Source: Felis catus (taxonomy: Eukaryota). Taken from it: a stretch of 64,000 nt of DNA. How positions within the stretch are numbered: position 1 is the stretch's first letter; every line of letters begins with the position of its first letter. The notes under the pieces are model-generated. The model had not been told where the DNA came from. It was given only the letters and a program-made list of their open reading frames with translations, and ran no database searches. The position numbers and the translations under genes were made by a program. This document shows, piece after piece, positions 1-31,285 of this stretch. Where the stretch lies: contig NC_058383.1 in NCBI RefSeq assembly GCF_018350175.1, forward strand, positions 1,302,001-1,366,000, written 5' to 3'.

Positions 1-440
1 CTGGCGGCCCAGTGCAGCACCAGGAGATACAGGTGGCTGTGTGTATTTAGTAAAAAAAAAAGTGTGAATTTCTCTCCTCTGTTGCACGGGTCACACTGCA
101 AGTGCCCAGTAGCCACCTGTGGCTGCCACGGTGAGCCAGTCGCGGTATGGAATGTTTCCGTCCTCGCGCAACTCCGTGAGCAGGCGCTGACCCCCGAGGG
201 TCAGGGAACACGGGGCTCGAGGGGCTTTGTCGGGGAGAACCTCTGAGTCAGGCTGCCTAGGCTGGGTCTGCCTTTGGGCGCAGTGCCCCCGCCTGCAGGA
301 CGCACACGGCGGGGGTCTTGTACCTCCCTGCCGATGGGGTGGGGGAGAGGTTCTGAGCATGAGGTGGCCAGTCAAGACCTGGCACGGAGGAGCCAGGGTT
401 CTAGCGCCCCATCACCTGGGCCCCTAGACCCCGCCCTCAC

Positions 441-19100
<18,660 letters not shown>

Positions 19101-21660
19101 AGTGCAGGACAAAGCCCCTCTACAGACGGGGAAACTGAGGCTAATAAATGGTGGGGCGGTCGGGCCAGTCTTCGGCCCTGGGCACCCCCGGCCTCCCGGA
19201 AGGGTGCCCCCACCCCAGCGCGGGAGCTCCCCTCGCGTTTCTGGGCTTTCAGAGGACTTTTCCTCCTGGGTGCCCCTGCCGGCTGGGGTCCAGGCGACGC
19301 CCGGCCTCTCGGTTTACAGAGTGCAGCTGAGGCTGAGAAAGGGGCGCGTGCCCGCGAGGCCAGCTGGCGGGGGTGGGGCGGGGCGGTCCGTCCCCAAGTC
19401 TGCCCCCTCGGGCCTGTCCACCGGGCTGTTCCGGGGCTCCACGCCCCTCGGAGGTCATGCTGGCCTGATGTTTCTGACTTTCCACTGGGTACCTCCTGTG
19501 GGGGGCCCAGTCACCTGGGCACATTCTCTGTGGAGCCCTGGCTGTGGCCTCGCAGATGGACAGCCGGAAACAGTGGGCAGCAGAAATGTGTGATGACCTC
19601 AGCCACCAGGCCCCAAGGCTTGTCCAGACAAGGCCTGCTGGAAGGAAGGTGTTTCCTCATGATTGGCCCCTGGCAGGGCTGCAGGGAGGCCGCTCTGTGC
19701 CCACTAGAAGGAGCAGAAACGGCTTCGGGGCCCAAGCCAGCACGTGGCGTTCCAGCTCTTTCCTGTGGTCCAGCCCGGAGGGGTGGACACTCCAGGTGCC
19801 TAACAGTGTGAGTGAGACCTGTGGGGAGGGGGTGTGCAAGCAGGTGCTAGACAGGGAGCTCCCGGCCCTGGGCTCAAGGCGGACAGGACCCTGCCCTGCC
19901 CCGCCCCGCTGGGGCTTTCCCAGCAGGAGGACAAAGGACGATGTCCTGCTGGTTCAGCCAGGCGGGTGGCTGGTCCTGGAACCTAGAACGAACAGGGTTT
20001 TCCTGAGTCCGAGGGCAGCAGTTGGGAGAACTGGAAAAACCAGTGAGGAAGGGAAGGGCCGGTGGGGGCGGCAGGGGTCCACGGGTGCAGGAGGGGCAGA
20101 CAGGCCTGAGGCCCACCTCTCTCAGAAAGAAGTAGGGGGGGTGGCCGGCAGAGGTCTGGTCTTTGGGAGTTTAAGCTGCACTCTTGCCTTGCCGGTCACC
20201 ACGCAGCCTCCTTTGGGGACAGTGACTTGGGGAGCAGCACTTGTAGTGTCCCCATGAGCACATCATGTCCTTCCATTAGCCCTGCTCCCCTCCGGGACCC
20301 CCAAACCAGCACACCCCTTAGCCCACCCATTTCCTGCTGCCCCCCTCTGGCCACCATAGTCCACCCTTCCCCAGCAGCTGAGGGATCTTTCTAGAGAGCC
20401 AATTGGCCAGGCGCTTTCCTGCTTGACCTGTGCGGCACTTGGAATAAAGTCCAGGCCCCTTGTCACGCCTCCTGGCCCTTATCACCCCTGCCACTCCCTG
20501 GCCTCACCCTCCCCACGCACCCCCCCTTCCCCTTCTGGCCTCAGAGCCTCTGACCTACTGGTCCCCTGAACTCAGCCACTCCTCCAGGACCCCAGACAGG
20601 CCCCACCCATGGCCAGCCACGCAGTCGTTGATGGCTCCTTCCTGCCGGTTCCTCAGGCCGCAAGCCCGGGGTGCCCCTGTCAGCCTGTCCTCTCGATGCC
20701 CACACACAGTCCAGCAGAAAACCGGCCAGAGCCACCACCTGGTATGAGCCGGGATTTCTACAGAAACCCTCTAACAGCGCCTCCGCGGCCGCTTTGCCAC
20801 CTACAATCCATTCTCAACACAAAATCTGTAACAGCGGGGATGAGGGTGTGCCACACCTGCCCAAAGCCCTCCTCTGCACCCCCACCTGACGCGTGAGGAA
20901 AGCACGGTCCTTATGACGGGCCATCCACCCCTCCCTCCAGTCGGTGTCTTTCCTACCTGTCCTCCTCCTACAACCACCCCTCAGACAGGCTCATGTTCCT
21001 GCCTCAGGACCTTTGCATTCACTCTTTTCTCTGCCTGGGCCGATTTTCTAGCCTCCCTTGCAGGTGCGGAGGGAGGGGGGCGTGTGACTGAGTTCTGGCT
21101 GATGGAGGTGGTATGTATCTAACCATCTTCCCTGCCTGCTGGCCGCACGCACGGGACGCTGCAGGGCTAGGCTGACCAGGAACGGCTGTGTTGGTCTCTG
21201 GACGAGGGGGAGGTTAACGTGCACTGGGCTCAGTTGCTGGGACTTGGGGATGTTTGTCACAGCAGCTAGCTGGCGTTCCTCTTCCGTTGCATGTAGGCAA
21301 GCAGAGGCAAAATTGCACCTGTGACGGCAGTCCAAGGGGACACGCAGTGCCACTCATTCGGTGGTAAAAGAAGGGCCCTGTCTTGGTTCAGAAGGCAGGA
21401 GGGGCCGTCCCTGAGGAGGGAGCGTGACAGCTGAGACCTGAAGGATAAGCACAGCTGATGTGGTCGGAGGGCAGGAAAGAATTTCCCAGGCACAGGGAAT
21501 GGTGCGTGCAAAGGCCCTGAGGCAGGAATGAAGGTCTAAGGACTACAGAAAGGTGAGTGTAACTCCCACAGAGGAACTGGGGAGGGAGCAGGGCCGGCCA
21601 GGCTCCCTCCTCCAGCCCATCAATTTTCACAACCACTTTACCTTTGAATAGAACCACTCT

Positions 21661-21855
21661 TTATTTTTTATTTAAAAGAACTTTTTTGAGTTTATTTATT
21701 TTGAGAGAGCGGGGGGGGGCAGAGGGCGAGAGGGGGAGAATCCCAAGCAGGCTCCACGATGTCAGCACAGAGCCGGATGCGGGTCTCGAACTCATCAACT
21801 GTGAGATCATGACCTGAGCTGAAGTCGGACACTTATCTGAACCACCAGGTGTCCC
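21661..21855 (-). mobile_element. CAN-SINE (felid SINEC), older copy
   Basis: Reverse-complement SINEC body (GTGAGATCATGACCTGAGCTGAAGTCGGAC...CCAGGTGTCCC) with a T-rich tail at left. Confidence 0.9.
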
Positions 21856-21880
21856 TACAGCACCCTTTAAAAGCGGTCCG

Positions 21881-22037
21881 GGGGCACCTGGGTGGCTCAG
21901 TTGGTTGAGCATCGCACTTCGGCTCAGGTCACGATCTCGAGGTTCTTGAGTTCCAGCCCCACACTGGGATGGCTGCTGTCAGCATAGAGCCCACTTTGGA
22001 TCCTCTGTTCCCCTCTCTCTGCCCATCCCCAGCGTGT

Positions 22038-22073
<36 letters not shown>

Positions 22074-22100
22074 AAAAATAAAGATTAAAAAAAAAATAGA
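21881..22100 (+). mobile_element. CAN-SINE (felid SINEC)
   Basis: GGGGCACCTGGGTGGCTCAGTTGGTTGAGC head, (CT)n linker, AAAAATAAA tail. Confidence 0.92.
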
Positions 22101-23254
22101 TAAAGTAGGCTGAGCATACCTATCCTGCAGCCCAAGAAACTGAGGTTCCACAAGAGAAGGAACCCCCTGTTCAGCAGGGAAGACCAGGCCCTGACATGGG
22201 GTGAGGACCCGAGGAGTCTGGGTCAGCACAGGCCGGCGTCCCGCCCGAGTGGCCGCCCTGGTCGGGGGCAGGACTTCCAGGCCAGTCGGTCTTGATTCCC
22301 CCACCTCCTGCTTCCAGCACATTCTGCTTCTCTCAGTGATGGTGGGGGACCCACCCTGGGAGGACGAGGAGGGACAGGGCCAGAGGCATCACTAATCTCA
22401 ATCCAGAAGCCAACTCTAGCTTGTGTGTCCACTTAGCTTCTGGAGGACGTGTGGGCCACAGGGCCCTGGGGAGGGTCGCAGCGGCGAGAAACCGATTTGA
22501 CCAGGACTGATGGGCCAAGCCAGAACAGAGTTGGGGTCACTCGCCCAAACACAGCAGGCCTGAGCCTCTGAGGCAGACGGGGAGAAGCCGGGCAAGAGAG
22601 AATGGGGGTGGGAGGCAAGAGAACAAAGGGAGGCCCTGGCCCTGAAGCTTTCCCTGCAGGACTTCTCAGAGCCTTTATGTCCTGCAGTACCCCAGGACTC
22701 CCAAGGGAGCGGCCACGCTGCACAGGGGTTCCCAAGCCGACCTGCCCACAGAACCCCTGCTGCAGGAACGTCTCACAGAAGCGGGCGCCCCGACTTCCTC
22801 AGGAAACACGGAGTGAGACGGGTGGGCCGAGGCCGGGCTGGAGTTCTCGCTCAGACACTGGTTTGCCCTGGGACCCTATGGAATCTGTTCAGGGTCACAC
22901 AGGGCCTCTCATCCCTGGGCGTTTAGGGAGGAAGGGGCCAGGGGTGCCCCGTGGAAATAGGGCTCCCTGCCTGGGGCCACGCAATCATGGCAGTAGGAGA
23001 CGCACCCTCGTGGGGGAGAGGTGGCCAGAGCCCCTCCCCCCCGGAGTGGACGGAAGCCCCCTCACGTACGACCTGCACAGAGAGGACAGCTGGGGGGGGT
23101 CATACTGGCTTCGCAGAACAGCCAAGGTTTGTCCCTCCCCCCACTTCCCAAGGCCATGGTCAGGTCGGCCAGGGGCTCGCTCAGGTGCTGTGGAGGCCAA
23201 CGCCATGCCCGTGGCTCCAGGCGGGAGAGGGGGCTAGAAGCTGTGACACCTCAT

Positions 23255-23760
23255 TTTAAGGGGCCACCCATTAATTAATTAGGCCCAATGAATAATTCAT
23301 GCTGCCTTGGGTATATTAATAGCATATTTATATGGCGTGCTATGGATAGTATACATTCTCGTCTGAACACTTCACAAATAATTCATGACCCCGCTCCTCT
23401 CCTGGGCTCCGGGAGAACCTGGCCAGTGCTGAGGCTAGGGCTCGTGGGTTGCTTCCAACAGCCAAATTTTACATTTCATTATAAATGGCTTTGCTGGGCA
23501 TGTCGGTAACTTTTACATTTCCATCCACTTTATTATTAATGGCTTTCCTGAACTGTAGCAGCCAGGCGTCGCGCACAATGCGTTATAAATATTTGATCCA
23601 GCATCTATAGCCCGCCATTTATCATTTATAACGGGTTACAAAAACATTATAAAACATTTACCGCACATTTATAGATCATTTTCGGCTACCACGATGATGT
23701 GTTATAAATACATTATTAATCCTCCTCACGCCATTTATAGGAGCCTCTTGTAATGAGGCC
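23255..23760. promoter_or_regulatory. AT-rich candidate developmental enhancer / conserved non-coding element
   Basis: Sharp AT island in GC-rich surroundings, not recognisable as a repeat, dense in TAAT/ATTA and TTTAT/ATAAA motifs. Confidence 0.55.
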
Positions 23761-26700
23761 CGGCCCGCCCGGCCCCTGGTAAACAGAGCACATGCAGGGG
23801 CTGGTGGGGGCGGCCAGGCAGCAGCACCCAGCCGGCCGACGGAAGCCTGGCCCCGCCTCTGATGGCTGTGCGTCCTTGGCCGGATCACGGCACGTCTCTG
23901 TTCACGGAACGGGTCATTTGTTGAGCACTTTCCGGGTAGGACGCTGCTCGAGGGCCACCCTGAGCCCTGGGCGTTACCGGCAGGCCCATTTCAGAGATGT
24001 AGAGCCGGGCGGGCGGGGGTGGGGGGATTTGCCCACGGCCACAGCCCAAGGGCTGAGCTGGCGTCAGACCCCGGGACGCTCTGTGCCACAGGTGTCGCCC
24101 ATCCCCGGGCTGGGGCCTCCAGGGAGCAGGATTGGCGAGCTCCAGGCGGGGGAACTCAGATCCGGGGTGAGGAGCTCCCGGGGCCGGGGGTCCCCCGGGG
24201 CTGGCCTCTGACCTGGCAGCCCCTCGGCTCCCGCGGCCACATGCTTTGCCATCGCAAAGACCCTCGGGGCTGCGATCCGACTGTCACGCTGCCCCGGGGA
24301 GCAGAGGGTCTCGGACCCAGCGGCCCCTCCACAGAACCCCAGCTCCAGCTCCGAATCCTCGGGAGGCCAGCAGGAGGCTGAGGACAGTGGCAGTGGCCCA
24401 GGTGTGCAGAGCAGGTGGCTGTCGGCCATCAGACGGTCAGAGAGACCCTGGGCCCTGCAGCGGGAGTCTTGCGCCAACCCAGGTCCCCTCTCTGCGTGTG
24501 GCCCTGTGACCTTGGGGTGTGCGGCTCCCCCTGACTGCTCCTCCTAGGGCCTGAGCTCCGTCTGGAAGAGTTGGGGCCAGGCCACTTCCTGCACAAATGT
24601 CCCCCCAGCCCCACCATGTGCAGGCCCCGCCCTTGTTCCACACCAAGAAGCCCCACAGTCCCCTCCAGGCCAGGAGGGCACCGGCAGAAAACCAGGGCTG
24701 TGGGCTCATCACTCACACTTGATAAAGGAGGAGAACCCTGTGGCCCCAACTGCAGGATGGTAAGTTGAGTCCTCACCTCAAAAACTCCTATTCATCCTTC
24801 AAGACCCACGTGACATTCTACCTTCTCCGAGGAACCCTTCCAGACTCCCCCTGGCATAGGCCTTGTGGGATCCAACCTCTGGTCTCTGGGGGCCCAGTCT
24901 GGGCCGGGCACGGGACCGGGGTCTGGTTGGTGAGGGAACTGGACAGGCCTCCCCCAGAGTGTTCCCAACAGGTCCCGGGGGAACAGGTCCCCCCTCCGAT
25001 ACCTGAAATAACCCTCCCTTTGCCCGGCTGGACCTATCCGGGTCAGTTCTGGGGTGCCCTGAAGAAGGAAATAGGAGAGATGATTCTGAGCCTTGACAGG
25101 AGCGGATCTGCCCTGCGTGGGCCTCATGGCCCTCATCTGCGAAATGGGGGCATAAGCCAGCCCTCCCAGCGTAAACACAGGGGCACGGGCCCCGGGGAGC
25201 CTCGTGGGGAGAGATCTGGGCTGCCCGTGCCTCTCTGCCCCTGGCCTGCAGGACGAGGGCGTGTTTGTGGGTCAGGGCCCGCCCCTTCCCGGGACTGAAA
25301 ATGAAACCAGGTGTTTTGTTTGGAAGCTGTTGGGGGAAACACCTGAAACCATCACCATGGCAACGCCTCACCCGGCCCCACCCCTTCCCACCTGCCTTAG
25401 GAAGCCCGGTGACCAGCAGCCCTTGCAGCCAGCCCGGCCTTTGCACAGCATCCTCTGTCCTAGACTGAAGGGGGCTGAGAGTCTGGGGCTGGACTCCTGT
25501 GGAGTCCCAGAGCTGTCCGGGCCACCCTGGCCCCCGCCACGCCACGGGGAGCTCACTACCGGGCTCAGCGCTGTCCCTCACTGACCCCAGAACAGACGGG
25601 CAGGGGCCACAGGCCCCGCCCCCACTTCCCGAACCCCTGCGTGGATTGCACACCTGCACCTGCCGGACCTCGGCTCGGGTGTCCCAAGTCTGCAGTGCGG
25701 CCACTGGAGACAGTGCCGTGAACACAGGCTCAGGCCCACACAGTGGACGCCAGGCCCCCACGCCGCCTCTGTGGCTGGCACCGTCCCCGGGGGACGTGGA
25801 AAAGCCTGGCGTGTGCAAGGGCTGGGACCGTCCGCCCCATGGGCGCCCCCACTGGAGTCACCCAATCACGGTCCCTGGTACCAGCCCCCTGGACGCTGGC
25901 CAGCAGTCACAGGGACGCCGGGAGGATCCCTCATCGGGGAGCAGATGCCCTGCCGCCTGTGCCCGCCACCACGTGTTTCACGTGGGACACCTCTGCTCAG
26001 GTAGCCTCCATTTTCTTGCTGGGTTTCTGCAGCCCGTCAGCTAGAGACAACCTGAGGCCCAGAGAGGCCCAGGACTGTCCCCCCCGCCACCTCCCTGACA
26101 CCCAACGATCCCCTTCCCCAAACCTGCTCCAGCCTTGGGGGGCCTCTGGCTACTGAGCACGCGTGAGGGGACCCCCGCGGGGAGCCCGGGTTTGCAGGCT
26201 GGGGAGGAGCACACGGGCAGCCCGTGGGCCTTTGCCACAGCCCTGCCATCATGGAGGGACAGGCGGCAAGCAGGCCCCGAGCCCAGAGGTGCTGACCCGG
26301 GGTAGGGGGCACAGGACCCGGAGGTCCTACCTGGGCTGAGCTCAGGGGTCTCACTAAGCCTGTGCTGACAAAGCCCCGCCCACTCGGGCCCGGAGCTTGG
26401 GGGTGGGGCCCAGCAGGCAGGTGACCCGGCCCCCACACCTCCAGTCCCTCCAGCACTAGCCCCGCACAGCCGTGGGCTGGGGGACACCCCAACCCCCGCA
26501 CCGGGGCGCAGTCCTGGCCTCCGTCCGCCTCCACACTCCAGGGGCTCCACGGGCGGTGCGGCCAGGGTCAGGGGCACCGACTCTGCCCTTGAGCCCCCAG
26601 CACTCCCTCAGCCCAGCCAGGGCCCCACCAGAGACCTGGCCCGTCACCCACCCCAGTGCCTCAGTTTCCTGGCGGGTGAGGGGAGACCGGTGCTGAAGGT

Positions 26701-27629
26701 AACAGCCAGCATCTCAGCAGCACCTTCCATGTGATGGCGGAAACTGCACACCTGATTCGAAGCCCGCTGTCCCCTACGGGCCCCGCACGCGTGCCCAGGC
26801 CCCCTGCAGCCCCACCTCCACGGCCACTGCGCACGCCCGGCCTGCCCGCCCGCTCCCTCGCGGGGACCCTTGGTCTTTGCCACGCTGGGGGACAAGGGCG
26901 GGATCTCGCGGCTGCTGGAGCCCCTGCCTCCCGCGTTTCTCCACCGGGAGGTTTCAGAACCCGCCGACGCTGCTGTTCCGTTGAGAGAACCAGGAGGGGA
27001 GGCAGCCCAGGCGGACAGGGGCCCAGGCTGCGCCCGGACCTGATCTCCCTCGGGGGCCTTGACCTTAGGCCCTGAGGTTGGTGAGACTGGGCAGGGAGGG
27101 GGCCCAGAGACTGCCCCCGAGAGCCTCCTCTGCCTCCTGGGATCCCTCGCACACCCTGGTGCCGCGGTTCTGACAGGGGAGAGTCCCACCCTCCTGCGGG
27201 GGCTCCGGGTCACATGCTGTTGATGGGGCTTTCTGGCCATGAGGGTCCCAGCAGCCGGAACGGGCACCCTCTCCGGTCGGGGTGGGGGAGGGGTGCCGCC
27301 TCAGGGGCCGCCCTTCTGGGGTCTCAGGGCTGCACTGGGTGGGGGCTGGGATGCTAACTTCCGGGAGCTTGGGACCAGGGAGGCTGGGTGCTGGGAGCAA
27401 GGGTTCCGGGAAGGGGCGGGACGCCAGCCTTCTCCACACCGGGCGGGGCACTGCCGCTGTCCGCTGGGTGAAGTGAGGCCAGGCTGGGGCACAGGGGCTT
27501 CCGGGGCAAGGAGGTGACTCTCACACTCCCCAGGGCTAGTCTCCCTCCAGGGGCGGAAGTTCAGCCTGGACATCTGCCTCCCGCCTCCTTGACCCCAGCC
27601 CAGCACCTTTGGGGTCAGTTTGTTGGCCA

Positions 27630-27647
27630 CGGCGCCCCCTGGTGGCC
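27630..27647 (-). promoter_or_regulatory. CTCF-type motif
   Basis: Minus strand GGCCACCAGGGGGCGCCG, a near-perfect match to the CTCF core CCACCAGGGGGCGC. Confidence 0.65.
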
Positions 27648-28141
27648 CCAGTGGAGCACAAGCAGGCAGGGGAGCCTGCTAGGGGTGAGGGGTGGGGAGC
27701 CGGAGCGGGTAGGGGTAAGGCGGGGCGGTATCTGTGCTGCTGAGAAGCATGAAGGGGGTGGGGCCGACTTTATGGGGCGCTGCCCCTGCCCCTCAGCGCC
27801 CCTGGGGCCACGTTCTCGGGCAGGGCGCCCAGCCTAGCACCCGCAGCTCCCTGGGGGGACACTCACGGATGGGGACGCTCTGAGGCTCGGCCGGCACCGG
27901 CTTCCAGCACTGGTGCCCTCAGCCAAGGGTCCTGGGCCTGTGGCCCCTCTGGGGAGCGAGGGAACCAGCCTCGGCCCAGGGGTTCCTACCCGACAGAAGT
28001 GCTCAGGGCTGGACAGGTGGAGCAGGACAGCAGGGAGCAGGGGCTGTGGCGGGCGGGCTCCCCCTCCCCGCCCCGCTCAACCCGCAGGCGTCTCAAGGGA
28101 AGCGAGCAACAGGCAGCCGACACTCAGGTAATTCACAACGT

Positions 28142-28147
28142 TTTATT
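28142..28147 (-). terminator. INTS1 polyadenylation signal AATAAA
   Basis: Plus-strand TTTATT about 160 nt after the stop codon, followed on the minus strand by GT-rich sequence. Confidence 0.85.
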
Positions 28148-28303
28148 TAAATCCAGCCCCTCTCCGAGGCTCGCCGGGGCGGCGGCATCCTCCTGCGCGG
28201 GGCCGCGGGCCCTGGACGCTGCCCCTGCCGGGCCCGGCGCTGGCTCGGCGCCCTCCCTGACCCGGAACCACCGGGCGGCCAGCAGATGGGCCCCCGGGCG
28301 GGC

Positions 28304-28419
28304 TCACATCACCGCCTCCATGTGCAGGATCCTCAGGGCCTCGGAGATCTGGACGCTGGTGTCCATCTGACCATACATGCCCACCAGGAAGGCCCGGTGC
28401 AGCAACACAGCCGCGTGCT
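28304..28419 (-). CDS. INTS1: INTS1 exon 48 (last, coding part)
   Basis: HAAVLLHRAFLVGMYGQMD...HMEAVM*; TGA at 28304-28306. Confidence 0.95.
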
Positions 28420-31245
28420 CTGTGGGCGACACGGGACGGACGTCAGGGTCCCGACGGGCAGCGGGCTGTGGGAAGCAGAGCGCCCGCTTCCCCGTGGGCC
28501 GGGTCGGGACTCACCCTGGCAGAGGAGGGTGTATTCTGGCAGGTTCCTGAGGGCCGTCTGCACCACCTCAAAGTCCCGGCTGCCCAGGCAGTACATGAAC
28601 GTGGGCAAGAAGTCCGCCGCGATGCTGCAAAGACACGCGCTCAGAGAGATGCCTCCCGCCTGCGCCCAAGACCACCCTGGAGCCCGCGGCCAGGCCCCGG
28701 AGGGGTTAACTGACCCCCGAGAGTCTGGTCCGGGGCTCCCTCAGCCAGCAGGGTCAAGGCAGGCCCGGGGCTCACCTGGGGTTGTTCTGGATAGAGCGCA
28801 GGGCCAGGCCGAAGGCCAGGTGGCGACACGGCTCCTCGGCAGAGCTCATCAGCCGCTGTAGACTGGTCTGCAGGGGTGGGGGCGTGACGGGAGCTCAGAC
28901 CGCCAGTCCCCAGGCTCTCGGCCATCGGCCTCAGGACAGAGACAGCAGCGAGGGTCAGCAGGGGACCCTGCTCCCCAAGCCCCCACCCCCACGGCCTCGT
29001 AACACGAGGTGGGAGGCATTGGCCGGCCATCGGTTCCCAGAGCGAGGCTGGGCTCCCCGCAACCTGGGGCAGGGCCAGGCTCACACCTGGGCTGCCCCCG
29101 TCCCCACAGCGGCCCGCTTCTGACAGAAGGCTGACCGGGCCCTCAGCTCCCTCACCGAGAAAAAGCCCAGAATCTCCGGTCTCCGCCGAGACATCTCATC
29201 TATGTCGCTCAGAACTTCCAACAGATCTAAGGTGGGCAGAGGGAGCATGTGAGGGCCAGGCCTCGGCTGCTGGACCCGGGCCGGGACCTCTGTGTGCCCA
29301 CGCAGCCCAGAGGCAGGAGCCCCAGCCCGCACCGTCCCCCATCCCGCCTGCCGGGCAGGGGCCGAGCAAGGACACCACCAGGACCCTGGCCGGTCCCCGG
29401 TCTGGTCTCTGCACAGGTTCCAACAGACAGAGCTGTGGTGTTCCAGACGCGGTGCAGCCTATCAGAACGCTAGCACCAGTGCCCTCTGGAACCTTCCACA
29501 CCACCCTTGGTGCCTGGTGAGCTTGGGAGGCCCCCAGCGCCTCGGGGTGAAGAGCACCCGGTGCCCAGTTCCATCAGGTCAATGACCCCACGCTGTAGGC
29601 ACTATTGACAAGGAAGCATCCAGAAGTACCGCGCTCCCGCCACCCCCGACCCTCGTCCGGCAGAGGGAGGAGGCCAGGGATCTGCACTGGGACTGCCGTC
29701 CCCACTGCCCGTCGCCGGCCGTCCCAAGACACTCCTGCTGCCAGGTGGCGGCCAGCCCCTCACACCCCACTCTGCTCCGGTCGGCTGATGCTCAGACACG
29801 CACCCGCCCCACAGCGTGCCTGGGAGCCCGAGCCGCTGCGGCACCCAGCCCCTCTGCTCCCCGCTGGCCCGTCAGGCCTGCCCTCCACGGGTGCCACTCG
29901 GCTCTGGGGTCCCCGCTCTCCACCGCATCCGCAGTCTGTGAGGCCGCTGGCAGGGGGGCCCGTCCCCGCCTCAAGCCCCTGAGGAAAGAGCCCGGCTCCC
30001 CCCTCCGGCAAGGACCCCGCGCCTCTGGAGGGCCGGGTGTCCCGTCAGACCCAAGGCACCACAGGGCCACGACGGGTGCCCCCCGCCCGCCACAGGACCA
30101 CCCCGGTCTGCAGGAGCTAGGCTCCCAAACTTACCCTCCACGGCCTGGCCCCGGGAGAGCCTCTTCATGTAGGGGGCCATCTCCGCTGCGGTCAGAGGGG
30201 TGGAGAGAGACACGCTGACCAGGGGCAGGGAGCCGGCCGAGCTCTCATCTGGAAGCCGGAAAGTCGGTGCCTTCAGGCTGGAAACAGAGCCACCCGGGCC
30301 GGGAGCACTCACCCGCCCGGAGGCGAGGCCTGCTGGCGCTCATCGCCACGGCTCCGGACCCTGCGCGTAAGCGGGGCCGTCCCTGCCAAGCACCCGCGGA
30401 ATCCCACGGGAGGGTGGAGGCTGCAGCCGCTGCCCCGGGGTGAGCACACTGCCTGGGACACAGCGGGCACCCACTCAACGGGGGGCGGCGAGCCCGCTGG
30501 GAGCTGCCAAGGAGACGGCACTTTCCGGGCCGAACCCGCCACCTGCCACACCCAGTGCGGGTTTTCTCTGCATCTGCCTGAGCGTGACCTCGAGGCTGGA
30601 GTGGCGACCCGCCCCGCCGCAGCCCTGGCACCCAGCGGGCGCCACGGCAGAGGTTTCTACAAACTCCACCAAATGATTCAGTAAAACTGGGGGCAGCACG
30701 AGTGCTCAGAGCCCAGCGACGGACTCTGCCCGGGGCACAGGGCCCGCCCGCTCCCTCACAGCTGCCCCTGTACGCCCCGCAGCCCCAGCCCCTTCCCGGC
30801 AGCGCCCCTGCGGGGCCTACTCACCCTCGCCCTCCTCGTCCAGGCCCCGGTCGGCTCTGCCGTCCCTACTGGGCAGGCTCAGCCCTGCGAGGAGGGACTT
30901 GAGAGTCACCAGATCGCTGCTGTCGAAGGACAGGTCGCTGGGGAGGACACAGGTTCTCCGTGAGGAAGACGCCACAGGGGCGGGATGGGCGGGTGTGGGA
31001 GGAGGCAAGGAGCTTCCGGGAGCGGGTTCAGAACAGAAGTGGGACTCGGCCGGAGCCCTCACCCCCCACCCCCCCCACCCCTCCCCACACCGGGCTCCAA
31101 CCCTCAAGCAGCATCCGTTCCCAGCCACCACCCTGCCTCGGGGACCCCCCCCCGTCCCCCCACCCCCGACCCGAGCACTGACTGCCCTCCCACAGCCTTC
31201 CCTCCGGCTGGGCTGGACCCTCGCCTGCCGGAGCCTGTGCAGGCC

Positions 31246-31285
<40 letters not shown>

